From contig CANPXY010000002.1 of NCBI GenBank assembly GCA_947587115.1, positions 1-43,409 of the forward strand: a stretch of 43,409 bases of DNA, written 5' to 3'. This DNA comes from an uncultured Bacilli bacterium. GTDB taxonomy: Bacteria; Bacillota_I; Bacilli_A; RF39; UBA660. The position numbers and the translations under genes are program-made. The notes beneath the pieces were generated by a model that was not told the DNA's origin, did not search any database, and was given only the letters and a program-made list of their open reading frames with translations. Of the stretch, positions 8,895 to 18,022 are shown in pieces. Each line of letters starts with the position of its first letter. Position 1 is the first letter of the stretch.

Positions 8895-8923
8895 AGTATA
8901 ACATATCTTTCTTTTTTTCGCAA
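8895..8923 (-). promoter_or_regulatory. sigma-70-like promoter of the thioredoxin lipoprotein gene
   Basis: On the minus strand: TTGCGA (8923..8918), 17-nt spacer, TATACT (8900..8895). Confidence 0.5.
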
Positions 8924-8964
8924 AATAAGTTATACTATAAAAAGATAGAATAGGAGGGACTGCC

Positions 8965-10533
8965 ATGGTTTTAAAACGACCTTATGCGTTTTTGATCAAA
9001 CACTTTCAAAAGATCCATGCTTTATTGTTGATCTTGTGCGGATATATTTTCTATAAAAATCAGGCCTTTTCTTCCTTTGTCTCTGATTATATTCTATTGG
9101 GTACTTACGATGAAGCACTGGACAGTGTGCATCACTATGCAAGTATCTTATTCTATATCGTTGTAATAGCGGTGATTTTGATCAGTTTGTTGATCATCTA
9201 TCTTTTACGTTATAAAAAGAAACCTTATCGTTTTTATGTTTTTCTAATTTTAGAATATGTGGCTTTATTGTTGGTATTTCTTTATGGTGCCAATTATTTC
9301 CAAGGATTACAAAATGGAGCAACATCAATTACGACCATCATGGCGATTCGTGATTTGCTTTTCATTTTCTCTTTGCCACAGTACTTGATCTTTATCTTGT
9401 TGATCTTGCGGGTTTTGGGAGTGGATCTTAAAAAGTTTGGATTTCAGGAAGATCGTGCTTTTTTAGGCTTAGAAGAGAAAGATAACGAAGAATTTGAATT
9501 CCAAGTTCAGGTGGATAAAGATCGATATAAAAGAGCGATCAAAAAACAACTTCGTTTTTTAAAATATTTTTATCAGGAGCATCAGACGGTCGTCCGAGTT
9601 ATTGGACTAGTGCTTTTTATAGCAATCTTAGGTTATAGCATTTATTTTGTTCAAGTGAAAAATAAAATCTATCATCTTGGGGAACGTTTCGTCTCTAATG
9701 GATATTCGATCCAAGTAAATGCTGCCTATGTGACCGATAAAGATTTTAAAGGGGATTTCGTCTTAGATTCCTCTTCCAAAAGAAAATTTGTCATTTTGGA
9801 TGTTTCTGTTACCAACGAGTCCGTTTCAAGAACGATGACGATCGATCGTTTTCACCTACAAAATGGCGTTTACAGTACTGTCAATACCCAGAAATATAAC
9901 CAGCGTTTTCAAGATTTAGGGACTCCTTATGAAAAAGCAGAACTTCCATCTGGTTCGACACAGACGTTTTTATTGATCTATCAAGTTCCGTCTTCTTTAG
10001 AGAATGATCATTTTGTACTCACTTATCAAGACATTCAAGGACGCTCTAACTTAAGTTTGAAGAAAGTGAAACTTAAGGTTACGGATTTAGGAGCCATTAC
10101 CCTTGATCAAGAGAAAAAAATGGGGGAAGATTTGACGGTCACTTTCCCTGATCGAAAGAAGAAGATCGTTCGCTTTGTAAAATCTGAATTGGTAGCTAGT
10201 AAACCTTATTATTTTGAACGTTGTCTTGAGCAGGGATGCTCTATTGTAGAAGAGGAATTGACGGCTCCAAGTGGCAATATGTTATTGGTTTTGTCGTTTG
10301 TGAGTGATGATTTTACGACGAGCGAATTGGTTGACTTTTCTAAGAAGTATGGTACAATTAATTATATAGATAATAAGGGCGAAGAAGTAGAGCTTCCGAT
10401 CAATCTTGCGACGAAGCGAAGTTACCAAGGAAATTACTTGTATTTGCTAGTGAAGTCAGACTTGATGGAGCAGCAACAAGTTGATTTAGAGTGGACGGTT
10501 CGTAATCGAAAATTGATCTATCACTTAAAATAG
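8965..10533 (+). CDS. polytopic membrane protein with a C-terminal extracellular DUF4352-like beta-sandwich region
   Basis: AGGAGGG RBS. About 5 N-terminal TM helices, a charged loop, a further TM helix, then FVILDVSVTNES...FLLIYQVP, the pattern I associate with DUF4352-type Ig-like domains. First gene of the long + strand locus. Confidence 0.6.
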   Translation: MVLKRPYAFLIKHFQKIHALLLILCGYIFYKNQAFSSFVSDYILLGTYDEALDSVHHYASILFYIVVIAVILISLLIIYLLRYKKKPYRFYVFLILEYVALLLVFLYGANYFQGLQNGATSITTIMAIRDLLFIFSLPQYLIFILLILRVLGVDLKKFGFQEDRAFLGLEEKDNEEFEFQVQVDKDRYKRAIKKQLRFLKYFYQEHQTVVRVIGLVLFIAILGYSIYFVQVKNKIYHLGERFVSNGYSIQVNAAYVTDKDFKGDFVLDSSSKRKFVILDVSVTNESVSRTMTIDRFHLQNGVYSTVNTQKYNQRFQDLGTPYEKAELPSGSTQTFLLIYQVPSSLENDHFVLTYQDIQGRSNLSLKKVKLKVTDLGAITLDQEKKMGEDLTVTFPDRKKKIVRFVKSELVASKPYYFERCLEQGCSIVEEELTAPSGNMLLVLSFVSDDFTTSELVDFSKKYGTINYIDNKGEEVELPINLATKRSYQGNYLYLLVKSDLMEQQQVDLEWTVRNRKLIYHLK

Positions 10534-10544
10534 GAGCGATGACG

Positions 10545-12386
10545 ATGAAAGAAAAGAAGAGAAAAAAGTTTATATTGATTTTTGGCATCTTAGTTGTTGT
10601 CGTTCTTTTTGCGTGTCTTCTTTGGTTCTTCTGGTTAGAAAAACTTTATCTTTTCCATAAAGAGGAAGGGCGGCTTTTAGAAGCAGGAGAGAAATATTTC
10701 GATCTCAATTATCGATTGCTTCCAGTACAAGATGGTGAAGTTGCCAGTGTCAGTTTACAAAAGCTCTACGATGAAAAATGGACGACCGCGTTCTATGTAC
10801 CTAAAAAGAATACCTTGTGTGATGCGAAAGATAGTTGGGTAAAAGTGCGTCGTGAAGATGGGAAAAATGTTTACTATACTTATTTAAAATGTGGAAAATT
10901 CGAATCTAGAGTGGATCATGAAGGACCAGTTATTACGCTCAATGGGGATGATGAAATTTATATTGATCGAGGCGATACTTATGAAGAACTTGGTATTTCA
11001 TCTTTAGTCGATCGAGTCGATGGTAAACTTTCAAACAGTGAAGTTCGCATTCAACAAGAGGTCGATACTTCTAAGGTGGGACGTTATACCGTCACTTACA
11101 GCGCCTATGATCATTTGCGAAATAAATCTGAAAAACAGCGAACCGTCGTCGTTTTAGATATGTTAAATACCGTCATGAAATCGAAGATGGGAGATCTTAA
11201 TTATTTTAAAGGCGATCAAAGTGATAATTATGTATTGTTTTCCGGAATGCTCTTTCAGGTAGTGGGGGTCAATCAAGACAACACGACCAAACTGATCAGT
11301 GCTTATACCGTTGGTAATATGAACAATAATAGTTCGGACACGTCTTTTGATCATAGTGATCTAAAGAAATGGCTCAACAATTATTTTTATAATCATCTAA
11401 GTGAACGCAGCAAGGAATATGTGGTTTCCAAGAGCAGTTTTTGTGATGATGTCATTACGAATGAAGATCGCGAGAAAACAACTTGTGACAAACAGACGGA
11501 TCCGATGGCCGTAGGGCTTCTTTCCGTACAAGAATTCAACCTTAGTTTAGGAGATAACGGCGTTGAAAGTTATCTACAATCTCCTTACATGTTCTGGCTT
11601 TCTAATCGCAAAGATCAAGAGGCCGGTTGGGTAAACCGCAGTGATTTCAACATTACGGGAGAGAGCAATTTCTTAAGCTTCACTTCCAATACTCTTTTGG
11701 GTGTTCGTCCTGTTCTCAATGTGAAAGCAGATTTGGGTATTATTGATGGAAGTGGAACAGAGAATGATCCTTATATATTGAACGATTATCAAGAGGCTCG
11801 ATTACAATCAAAATTGAATACACGCTATAGTGGAGAATACTTGATGTATTCTGGCTATCTATGGCGTATCATGGAAGTTACAGCGGATGGAGAAACGAAG
11901 GTCATCATGGATCGCACGTTAACTAGCAACGATGAGGAAATTCAAATTCGTTATGAAAATGCCGATCATAGTGCTATTTACAATCCAAAACAACAAGGAA
12001 ACATCGCCTATCAAATCGTGAATGAACTTAATCGCTATGTCAATACCAATCGCTTTGTCAGTCATGAGATCAAAGTACCGGTCTATGAGAAATGGGCTAC
12101 ATACGAAACTTCCAGAATCGATAAATACAAAGTCAAAATTTCTTCACCGGATGCTTATGAATTATTCACAGCAAAGAATACCAATAATGATTACAGCAGC
12201 TATTGGTTTATGAACTCGACAAAGATGGAAGGTATGAAATATGTGATGGCCCCAGCAGGCAGTCCTTATACGCAGAGTGTTCCAGAAGATTTGAAAGCAG
12301 GAGTTAAGTTGGTTGCGTATTTCGATCGCGATGTCAAAATTACGAGTGGTAAGGGTTTTAGAGATGATCCTTATTATGTAAGGTAG
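10545..12386 (+). CDS. signal-anchored surface protein: pseudopilin-like N-module, Ig-like (DUF5011-type) domain, two DUF6273-like repeats
   Basis: AGGAG at 10532..10536 fits ATG 10545 better than ATG 10539. GPVITLNGDDEIYIDRGDTYEELGISSLVDRVDG...VGRYTVTYSAYD is a DUF5011/HYR-style Ig repeat. Two repeats end in GVRPVLNVKADL...GTENDPYIL and GFRDDPYYV. Paralogous to 34060..35154. Confidence 0.65.
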   Translation: MKEKKRKKFILIFGILVVVVLFACLLWFFWLEKLYLFHKEEGRLLEAGEKYFDLNYRLLPVQDGEVASVSLQKLYDEKWTTAFYVPKKNTLCDAKDSWVKVRREDGKNVYYTYLKCGKFESRVDHEGPVITLNGDDEIYIDRGDTYEELGISSLVDRVDGKLSNSEVRIQQEVDTSKVGRYTVTYSAYDHLRNKSEKQRTVVVLDMLNTVMKSKMGDLNYFKGDQSDNYVLFSGMLFQVVGVNQDNTTKLISAYTVGNMNNNSSDTSFDHSDLKKWLNNYFYNHLSERSKEYVVSKSSFCDDVITNEDREKTTCDKQTDPMAVGLLSVQEFNLSLGDNGVESYLQSPYMFWLSNRKDQEAGWVNRSDFNITGESNFLSFTSNTLLGVRPVLNVKADLGIIDGSGTENDPYILNDYQEARLQSKLNTRYSGEYLMYSGYLWRIMEVTADGETKVIMDRTLTSNDEEIQIRYENADHSAIYNPKQQGNIAYQIVNELNRYVNTNRFVSHEIKVPVYEKWATYETSRIDKYKVKISSPDAYELFTAKNTNNDYSSYWFMNSTKMEGMKYVMAPAGSPYTQSVPEDLKAGVKLVAYFDRDVKITSGKGFRDDPYYVR

Positions 12387-12391
12387 TTCTT

Positions 12392-13132
12392 ATGCGCAAG
12401 GTCTATTATGTGATTTTACTTCTCTTGGGATTGACTTTCGTTGGATGGCTCTTTAAGGATGCTCTATTTCCTTATTACAAAGTGGAAAGTCGAAGTGTCC
12501 AACAGCAAGAGTACAGTGCACCGGTGGTCGGTTGGATTCGCGTACAGGGGACGAACATCGATTATCCGATTGTTGTTGGAAACGATGCAGGCGGATCGCT
12601 TGCAGATTATACTTGGATGCAGTATGATCCATCGGATACGCTTCCCAATCGACTTGCCATCTTTGGACATAACATTCAAAACGTCTCTAGTCATCCTTTG
12701 ATTTCCAATCCAGAACATAGTCGTTTTGAACAGTTGATGGGGTTTGTCTATACTGAATTTGCAAAAAAGAATCAGTACATTCAAGTCTCATTTGGAGAAA
12801 AAGATTATCTTTACCGCATCTATGCGGTAGAGTTTGTCAAGGAAAACGATGCTGGAGCAAGTCTTCCTAAACAGGATTTAAAAGATTATATTCAATCTGC
12901 AAAAGAGCAAAGTTACTATGATTATGATGTCAAAGTGAGTGAAGATGATCCGCTGCTTACTTTGATTACTTGTACGAGGTTTTTTGGACCGACGACAGAA
13001 TATGAATTTAAAGTAGAAGCACGACTTGTACGGCCCCATGAAAAAGTTGTTCAAGGGGCACTCAAGGAAACAGATGCTTATCAAGAAATTAAAAAGATAT
13101 TGAAAGAAGGTGAAAGCGATGCGGAAGTTTAG
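12392..13132 (+). CDS. srtB: class B sortase
   Basis: N-terminal TM helix, VGWIRVQGTNIDYPIVVG (class B hallmark), catalytic His in AIFGHN, catalytic Cys in LLTLITCT, and Arg in VEARLVR. Confidence 0.8.
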   Translation: MRKVYYVILLLLGLTFVGWLFKDALFPYYKVESRSVQQQEYSAPVVGWIRVQGTNIDYPIVVGNDAGGSLADYTWMQYDPSDTLPNRLAIFGHNIQNVSSHPLISNPEHSRFEQLMGFVYTEFAKKNQYIQVSFGEKDYLYRIYAVEFVKENDAGASLPKQDLKDYIQSAKEQSYYDYDVKVSEDDPLLTLITCTRFFGPTTEYEFKVEARLVRPHEKVVQGALKETDAYQEIKKILKEGESDAEV

Positions 13133-15617
13133 TAAGAAACAGGGACTATGGTTCATCGGCGTTTTGGCTCTAGCGGTATTGGTCGTTGGACTTTTTGTAC
13201 AAGCCGAGGATGGACCTACAACGAATGATCTTGAAAACTTTGGTTCTTCGCAGAGCTCTGATTCTTGTTTTACAAGTGATGAGGATCGGAATGCTTATGT
13301 AAATGCAAGTAAAATCACCTACCAAGAGCCAACTTCAGAAAATGGTTGGGTTGCAAAACTTAGTAGTCTTCCAGCCAATGCAAAAGTTACGATCTATCTT
13401 AATGATACTGTTACGAACTACGAAAATACTTCCTCTTCTGATATTTGGGATTTATCGGTTGCTGTCAAAGATATTGTCTTCGATAGTATGATCGATTTGG
13501 AAATAAAAGTTTATCCGAATTATATTGATTTGACGGGTGAATGTGCCAAGGCGGGAAGATCTTATTATACGATGACGGATACAGATGAGCGAGGATCTTA
13601 TACTACGACACTGGATGAAGCTTCGATTCAAAAACAACAGGAACTTGAGAATAAATGGAATTTTATTCCTAGTGCCGGATCTTCTTTCAGTGCGGATGCG
13701 AACGCTGATCCTAATCAAACTCAAAATTTATCTTGTGATTATAATCCAGAAATCGCTACAAATAAAAAGCAAGTGGTAGGAACCAAAACTGAAAAAATTA
13801 ATTCTTATTGTAGTAGAGAATGTAAAGAAACGGTTTCTGTCACTTATGGACCTCCAGTAGTAACGCAAGCTGGTATGGGGGTTGAATATGAAGTTACCGT
13901 AACTTCTAAATTGGAGTGTCAGGCAGTAAAGACGGCTAGTTATCCACAAATTTCAGCACCAAAAGTCTGTGTACCAAGACCAGTTTGTAATGGTGGTCAT
14001 TGGGAAGATAAAAATACTGAAGCCGCTGGTCCGTCCGCACAATTTGATGCTTGTGTATTGTCTTGTGATGGTGGAAATTATTCACAGGAATGTATTGCTT
14101 CTTGTTATCAACAAACTTATCAAGAGGATGATATGGCATCTACAGCGGTACCTTCTTCTTTCTCTACCGTCGTGCCGGTATACAAACAGTATGATTACCG
14201 TGATGGTGTAACGAGAACGGGAGATCCGTTAGGATATTACACAGGAAGTGGCAATAATTTAAAATGGAACAGCAGTCAAAGTGGCTGTGGAACGAGCGAT
14301 GTCCCTTATGGTGAATGTGCAGGATACTATTATTATTCGACTCCAGCACGAACTGCTTGGAGCAATGCTCGATTGCATCAGAAGGTAACAAATGATGTTT
14401 CACGTCGTCATAAATATTATTTCTTTGATACGAATGGTATTTTACGTAGTTATACTTATGACTATAGTGTAGGCGCTGACGTCTATTGTAATGCCAATTG
14501 TCAATGGGTTGGATGTAGTGGAACTCCTGGCAAAGATTATTATCTTACCGAACAACAAGCCAATGAGAAATATCAACAGGATCTAGCCAATGCCGAAGCA
14601 ATCATTCGGGAATGTAGTGAAGAGCCTACGGTTAAAGAAGATACTGCAGTCTATACAGTATCTGTAGAAAATACTCCAGACAACAATCTAACTTTCAGTA
14701 CCAGTTTGGCTAGTAAAGATTATAAAGCCGGAATGGAAGAAGACGTCGATGGAACGAAGATTTATCGCTTTCCGGAAGCTCGCATCGACGATGTTACAGG
14801 GGAAGTAGAATATGGAAAAACTGATAATAAGACCGAATATAAAGCTGGAGGAAATCGGTTCTATACGAGTTTGTTATCAGAAGATACGAATACGCCTTGG
14901 TACAACTTAAAAACAGGGCAAATCGATTTGCCAGAATTTAATGAATTGACAGAATGTAAAGAAGGGCAAGATCGAACTTGTTCGGAAATTGATTACAACA
15001 TCGACGCTAAAATTAAGAATTATGGATATTTAGATTGGGATTTTGATATTGCTTGTTTCTATGCGTTAGAGAACGACGAAGATGATTGTGTTCCTGGCAC
15101 AGAAGGGTGTGATGAGGATCCTGAAAATCCAGGTCCAAACGATGACGATCAACAAGATCCAAAATATCTTCAATTTATCTTCCGTCCAATTTCTTTGAAT
15201 GATGTGTTCCCGGCGAGTTATGAAGCACCTTTGGGACGTGCGCCTCGTTGGAATTGGAGTGCAGGGGCAATCAATACGACCAATCGTAACTATCAGATCG
15301 ATCCAACAGCTCTAACAGAAAAGATCGAAAAAGATAACTATGAAATTTATAATGACGATCAGGAACTCGATTATGAATTCTATATTGATCGTCAGACGAT
15401 CAACTATATTCGTTCTTACAACCAGGAACGAGGAGATTATTTGAATTACGATACGACGAATTGTCGTACGAAAAATGGCATGACGATCTGTCAGAGCGCT
15501 CTTTTAGATACTTTAAGGACGCGAACTAGTTTCGGTGGAAATGCAGTTTTACAACGACGAGGAGTCACGGGATGTAACAATCAACGTGGTGAATCATGCG
15601 ATACATATAGCAAGTAG
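13119..15617 (+). CDS. large secreted cysteine-rich protein (about 27 Cys by hand count), no recognisable family
   Basis: GAAGGTGA RBS before ATG 13119 (the ORF opens at GTG 13110), overlapping the sortase stop. Signal peptide WFIGVLALAVLVVGLFVQAED. Cys residues are mostly in close pairs (CSREC, CVPRPVC, CVLSC, CIASC, CNANCQWVGC). No C-terminal LPXTG/NPXTN sorting signal or TM anchor. Confidence 0.65.
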   Translation: MRKFSKKQGLWFIGVLALAVLVVGLFVQAEDGPTTNDLENFGSSQSSDSCFTSDEDRNAYVNASKITYQEPTSENGWVAKLSSLPANAKVTIYLNDTVTNYENTSSSDIWDLSVAVKDIVFDSMIDLEIKVYPNYIDLTGECAKAGRSYYTMTDTDERGSYTTTLDEASIQKQQELENKWNFIPSAGSSFSADANADPNQTQNLSCDYNPEIATNKKQVVGTKTEKINSYCSRECKETVSVTYGPPVVTQAGMGVEYEVTVTSKLECQAVKTASYPQISAPKVCVPRPVCNGGHWEDKNTEAAGPSAQFDACVLSCDGGNYSQECIASCYQQTYQEDDMASTAVPSSFSTVVPVYKQYDYRDGVTRTGDPLGYYTGSGNNLKWNSSQSGCGTSDVPYGECAGYYYYSTPARTAWSNARLHQKVTNDVSRRHKYYFFDTNGILRSYTYDYSVGADVYCNANCQWVGCSGTPGKDYYLTEQQANEKYQQDLANAEAIIRECSEEPTVKEDTAVYTVSVENTPDNNLTFSTSLASKDYKAGMEEDVDGTKIYRFPEARIDDVTGEVEYGKTDNKTEYKAGGNRFYTSLLSEDTNTPWYNLKTGQIDLPEFNELTECKEGQDRTCSEIDYNIDAKIKNYGYLDWDFDIACFYALENDEDDCVPGTEGCDEDPENPGPNDDDQQDPKYLQFIFRPISLNDVFPASYEAPLGRAPRWNWSAGAINTTNRNYQIDPTALTEKIEKDNYEIYNDDQELDYEFYIDRQTINYIRSYNQERGDYLNYDTTNCRTKNGMTICQSALLDTLRTRTSFGGNAVLQRRGVTGCNNQRGESCDTYSK

Positions 15618-15629
15618 AGGAGGTAAGAG

Positions 15630-16097
15630 ATGAGTAAAGGTGTTTTAGCAGCAGGAATTATTTCTTTGGGAATCTTAGCTTTTGCGGTTGTCAATATTAT
15701 TTCTAATTATTTCTCTGGTAATGAACTCGATTATTACTTGTTGAAAGAGACAACCGAAGCAGCGATGACGGATGCGGTCGACATAGGGTTTTATCGATTG
15801 ACCGGACAACTTCGAATGGACAAAGAAAAATTTGCTGAAAGTTTTGTACGAAGATTTTCTCAATCTGTGAATCAAGATCGTAATTATCGTATTCGCATGT
15901 ACGACATCAATGAAACTCCACCCAAAGTCAGCGTGCAGGTCGATTCGACTACCAGCGTCACCTTTAACAGTGAAAGCTTGGGTATTCGCAATCAAATCGA
16001 TGCTATTTTGGAAACAAAGTATGACGAAAATCGTCTGATTGAAGAATTAATGAAAGAAGGGAAGTTAGATTATGAGCAACTTAATAGTAGGAATTAA
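15630..16097 (+). CDS. small TM-anchored protein, possible TadE/TadF-type pseudopilin
   Basis: GAGGAGG RBS. N-terminus MSKGVLAAGIISLGILAFAVVNII followed by a soluble domain of about 120 aa. Sits directly upstream of, and overlaps, the CpaB-like gene. The functional call rests on context only. Confidence 0.4.
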   Translation: MSKGVLAAGIISLGILAFAVVNIISNYFSGNELDYYLLKETTEAAMTDAVDIGFYRLTGQLRMDKEKFAESFVRRFSQSVNQDRNYRIRMYDINETPPKVSVQVDSTTSVTFNSESLGIRNQIDAILETKYDENRLIEELMKEGKLDYEQLNSRN

Positions 16098-16878
16098 GAA
16101 ATTTTTGACCAATAAGAATACTGTTACAGTGGTCGGTGTACTAGCAGCTGTCGTCGTCTTGTATATTGGTTATAACTGGCGTATTAAAACAACTTTGCAA
16201 ACGAGAGTAGTGCCTTATGCCAAAGAGACGATTACCGCAGGGGAGCAGATTACTCCCGATATGATTGGAACAATGGAAGTGGTGCCAGCACTTCTACAAG
16301 GAGATGTGATCTTAGATGCTGCCAGCATCGTCGATAAATATGTAAGTTCCGATGGAGTAATTCCTAAAGGCAGTCTATTCTATAGTCGCTGTGTCGTAGA
16401 AAAGGAGCAACTTGCTAGTTCCTTTATCATGGATTATCCAGAAGGATACGTACTCTATAACTTTGCGATCAATACAGAGCTTTCATATGGAAATTCGATG
16501 TATCCAGGAAACTACATCGACATCTATTTAAAAGCTATCAATCGAATCGATGATGGTAGCAATGAGCCAGATAAGATCATGGTTGGAAAACTCTTGGAGA
16601 ACGTTAAGATTTTAGCAGTCCTCGATAGCAACGGGGATCCAGTATTTGCAAACTTGGAAGAAAAGAGATCTCCTGCTTTGATGATCTTTGCGGTTCCAGA
16701 AGAGTACCATATTTTGCTTCGTAAAGCGAGTTATTTACGTGCCTATGAGACGACACTTATTCCAGTACCGACTGCGGAAAGCATGAAGGAAGAACCAGGA
16801 GAAGTTGCCCTCAGCAGTACGGACTTGAAAGATTTCATCAATCGTGTTACCGTTTGGACGGAAGAAAACACGCAATAA
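16072..16878 (+). CDS. cpaB: Flp/Tad pilus assembly protein CpaB/RcpC-like (SAF domain)
   Basis: N-terminal TM helix, SAF-like VVPYAKETITAGEQITPDMIGTMEVVPALLQGDVI, then PGNYIDIYL...LLENVKILAV, matching the CpaB beta-clip layout. Confidence 0.65.
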   Translation: MSNLIVGIKKFLTNKNTVTVVGVLAAVVVLYIGYNWRIKTTLQTRVVPYAKETITAGEQITPDMIGTMEVVPALLQGDVILDAASIVDKYVSSDGVIPKGSLFYSRCVVEKEQLASSFIMDYPEGYVLYNFAINTELSYGNSMYPGNYIDIYLKAINRIDDGSNEPDKIMVGKLLENVKILAVLDSNGDPVFANLEEKRSPALMIFAVPEEYHILLRKASYLRAYETTLIPVPTAESMKEEPGEVALSSTDLKDFINRVTVWTEENTQ

Positions 16879-16905
16879 GTAAACAGAAAGGAGAAAAGGG
16901 GTTAA

Positions 16906-18006
16906 ATGAGGGAAAATATATTTGATCAGTTGGATTTCGGACCATTTCAACCGTTGCTTCAAAATGATGATATTACCGATATTTCTTATAGCAACAATGG
17001 CCAGGTTTGGGTACGCTCATTAACCCAAGGCTCCATTCGAGTAACGGTCGATGGTCTTACCAACGAGTTTGTAGAAAAACTTGCTTTTCAGTGTTCCAAT
17101 GTAATGGGGACGACATTTAACAATGCCAAACCTTTCTTGGATGCGGAAAGTACTGAACTTCGTCTCAACTTTGTTCATGAATCGATTGCCACGAACGGAA
17201 TTGCTTTGGTTATACGTAAGACTCCGGCAAAGATTCGACTTGAAAAAGAGAAGTTGTTGGAAGAAGAGTATGTACCTTTGGACATTCATGATTTCCTATT
17301 GAAGTGTGTCGAAGGGCATTGCAATGTGATCGTCAGTGGAGAAACTGGTTCTGGTAAGACCGAGTTTGTCAAATATCTAGCGAGTCATACGAAGACCAAT
17401 GAGAAGATTATTACGATCGAAGATACGCTGGAATTACATCTAGATCGCATCTTCCCAGAACGTGATATCGTGGCGATGAAAACAAACAATGTCGCTTCTT
17501 ATACCGATGTTTTGGTGACCTGTATGCGTCAAAATCCAAAATGGATTTTGCTATCAGAGGTACGTAGTGCAGAGGCTGTCAGTGCCGTTCGTAACTCTAT
17601 TTCTTCAGGACATAATATTCTATCGACGATCCACGCTGACAAAGCGAGTGCGATTCCTTATCGTATGTATAGTTTGATGGAGACCGATCTCGATGTCAAT
17701 CAGTTCTTGTCGACCATCTATCGTTACATTCAGTTGGGAGTTCATATCAAAGCTTACTACAGTCCCAAATATCAGAAATTTCATCGTGAGATCGACGAAG
17801 TAGTAGAGTTTTATGTCGATCAAGACAATCAACCACAGTGTAGAACACTCTATCAAAAATTTTTTGAGGGAAAACCGATCGTTCAATCCCCAAGTAAATT
17901 TTTAACAGAATACTTGGCCAATCAAAATATCAAATTAGAGCCAATCAAAGAATCTATTCCCGATTCTTTAAACGAGGAAGCAGGAGCAGTTGAAGAATTG
18001 ATTTAA
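16906..18006 (+). CDS. tadA: CpaF/TadA-type (VirB11-superfamily) secretion ATPase
   Basis: FGPFQPLLQNDDITDISYSNNGQVWV (CpaF N-domain motif), Walker A SGETGSGKTEF, Asp box IITIEDTLEL, Walker B region RQNPKWILLSEVR, His box ILSTIHA. Confidence 0.85.
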   Translation: MRENIFDQLDFGPFQPLLQNDDITDISYSNNGQVWVRSLTQGSIRVTVDGLTNEFVEKLAFQCSNVMGTTFNNAKPFLDAESTELRLNFVHESIATNGIALVIRKTPAKIRLEKEKLLEEEYVPLDIHDFLLKCVEGHCNVIVSGETGSGKTEFVKYLASHTKTNEKIITIEDTLELHLDRIFPERDIVAMKTNNVASYTDVLVTCMRQNPKWILLSEVRSAEAVSAVRNSISSGHNILSTIHADKASAIPYRMYSLMETDLDVNQFLSTIYRYIQLGVHIKAYYSPKYQKFHREIDEVVEFYVDQDNQPQCRTLYQKFFEGKPIVQSPSKFLTEYLANQNIKLEPIKESIPDSLNEEAGAVEELI

Positions 18007-18022
18007 GAAAGGAGATGATCCT

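Noticed and set aside
8965-10533. Possibility that the polytopic first gene is the missing prepilin peptidase (RVLGVDLKKFG after TM5 recalls GxGD-K)
   Set aside because: The motif reads LGVD, not GxGD. No first catalytic Asp motif is recognisable, and the C-terminal half is an extracellular Ig-like domain. The resemblance is too weak.
13119-15617. The Cys-rich protein as the sortase substrate
   Set aside because: It has no LPXTG/NPXTN-type motif followed by a hydrophobic segment and a basic tail at the C-terminus.
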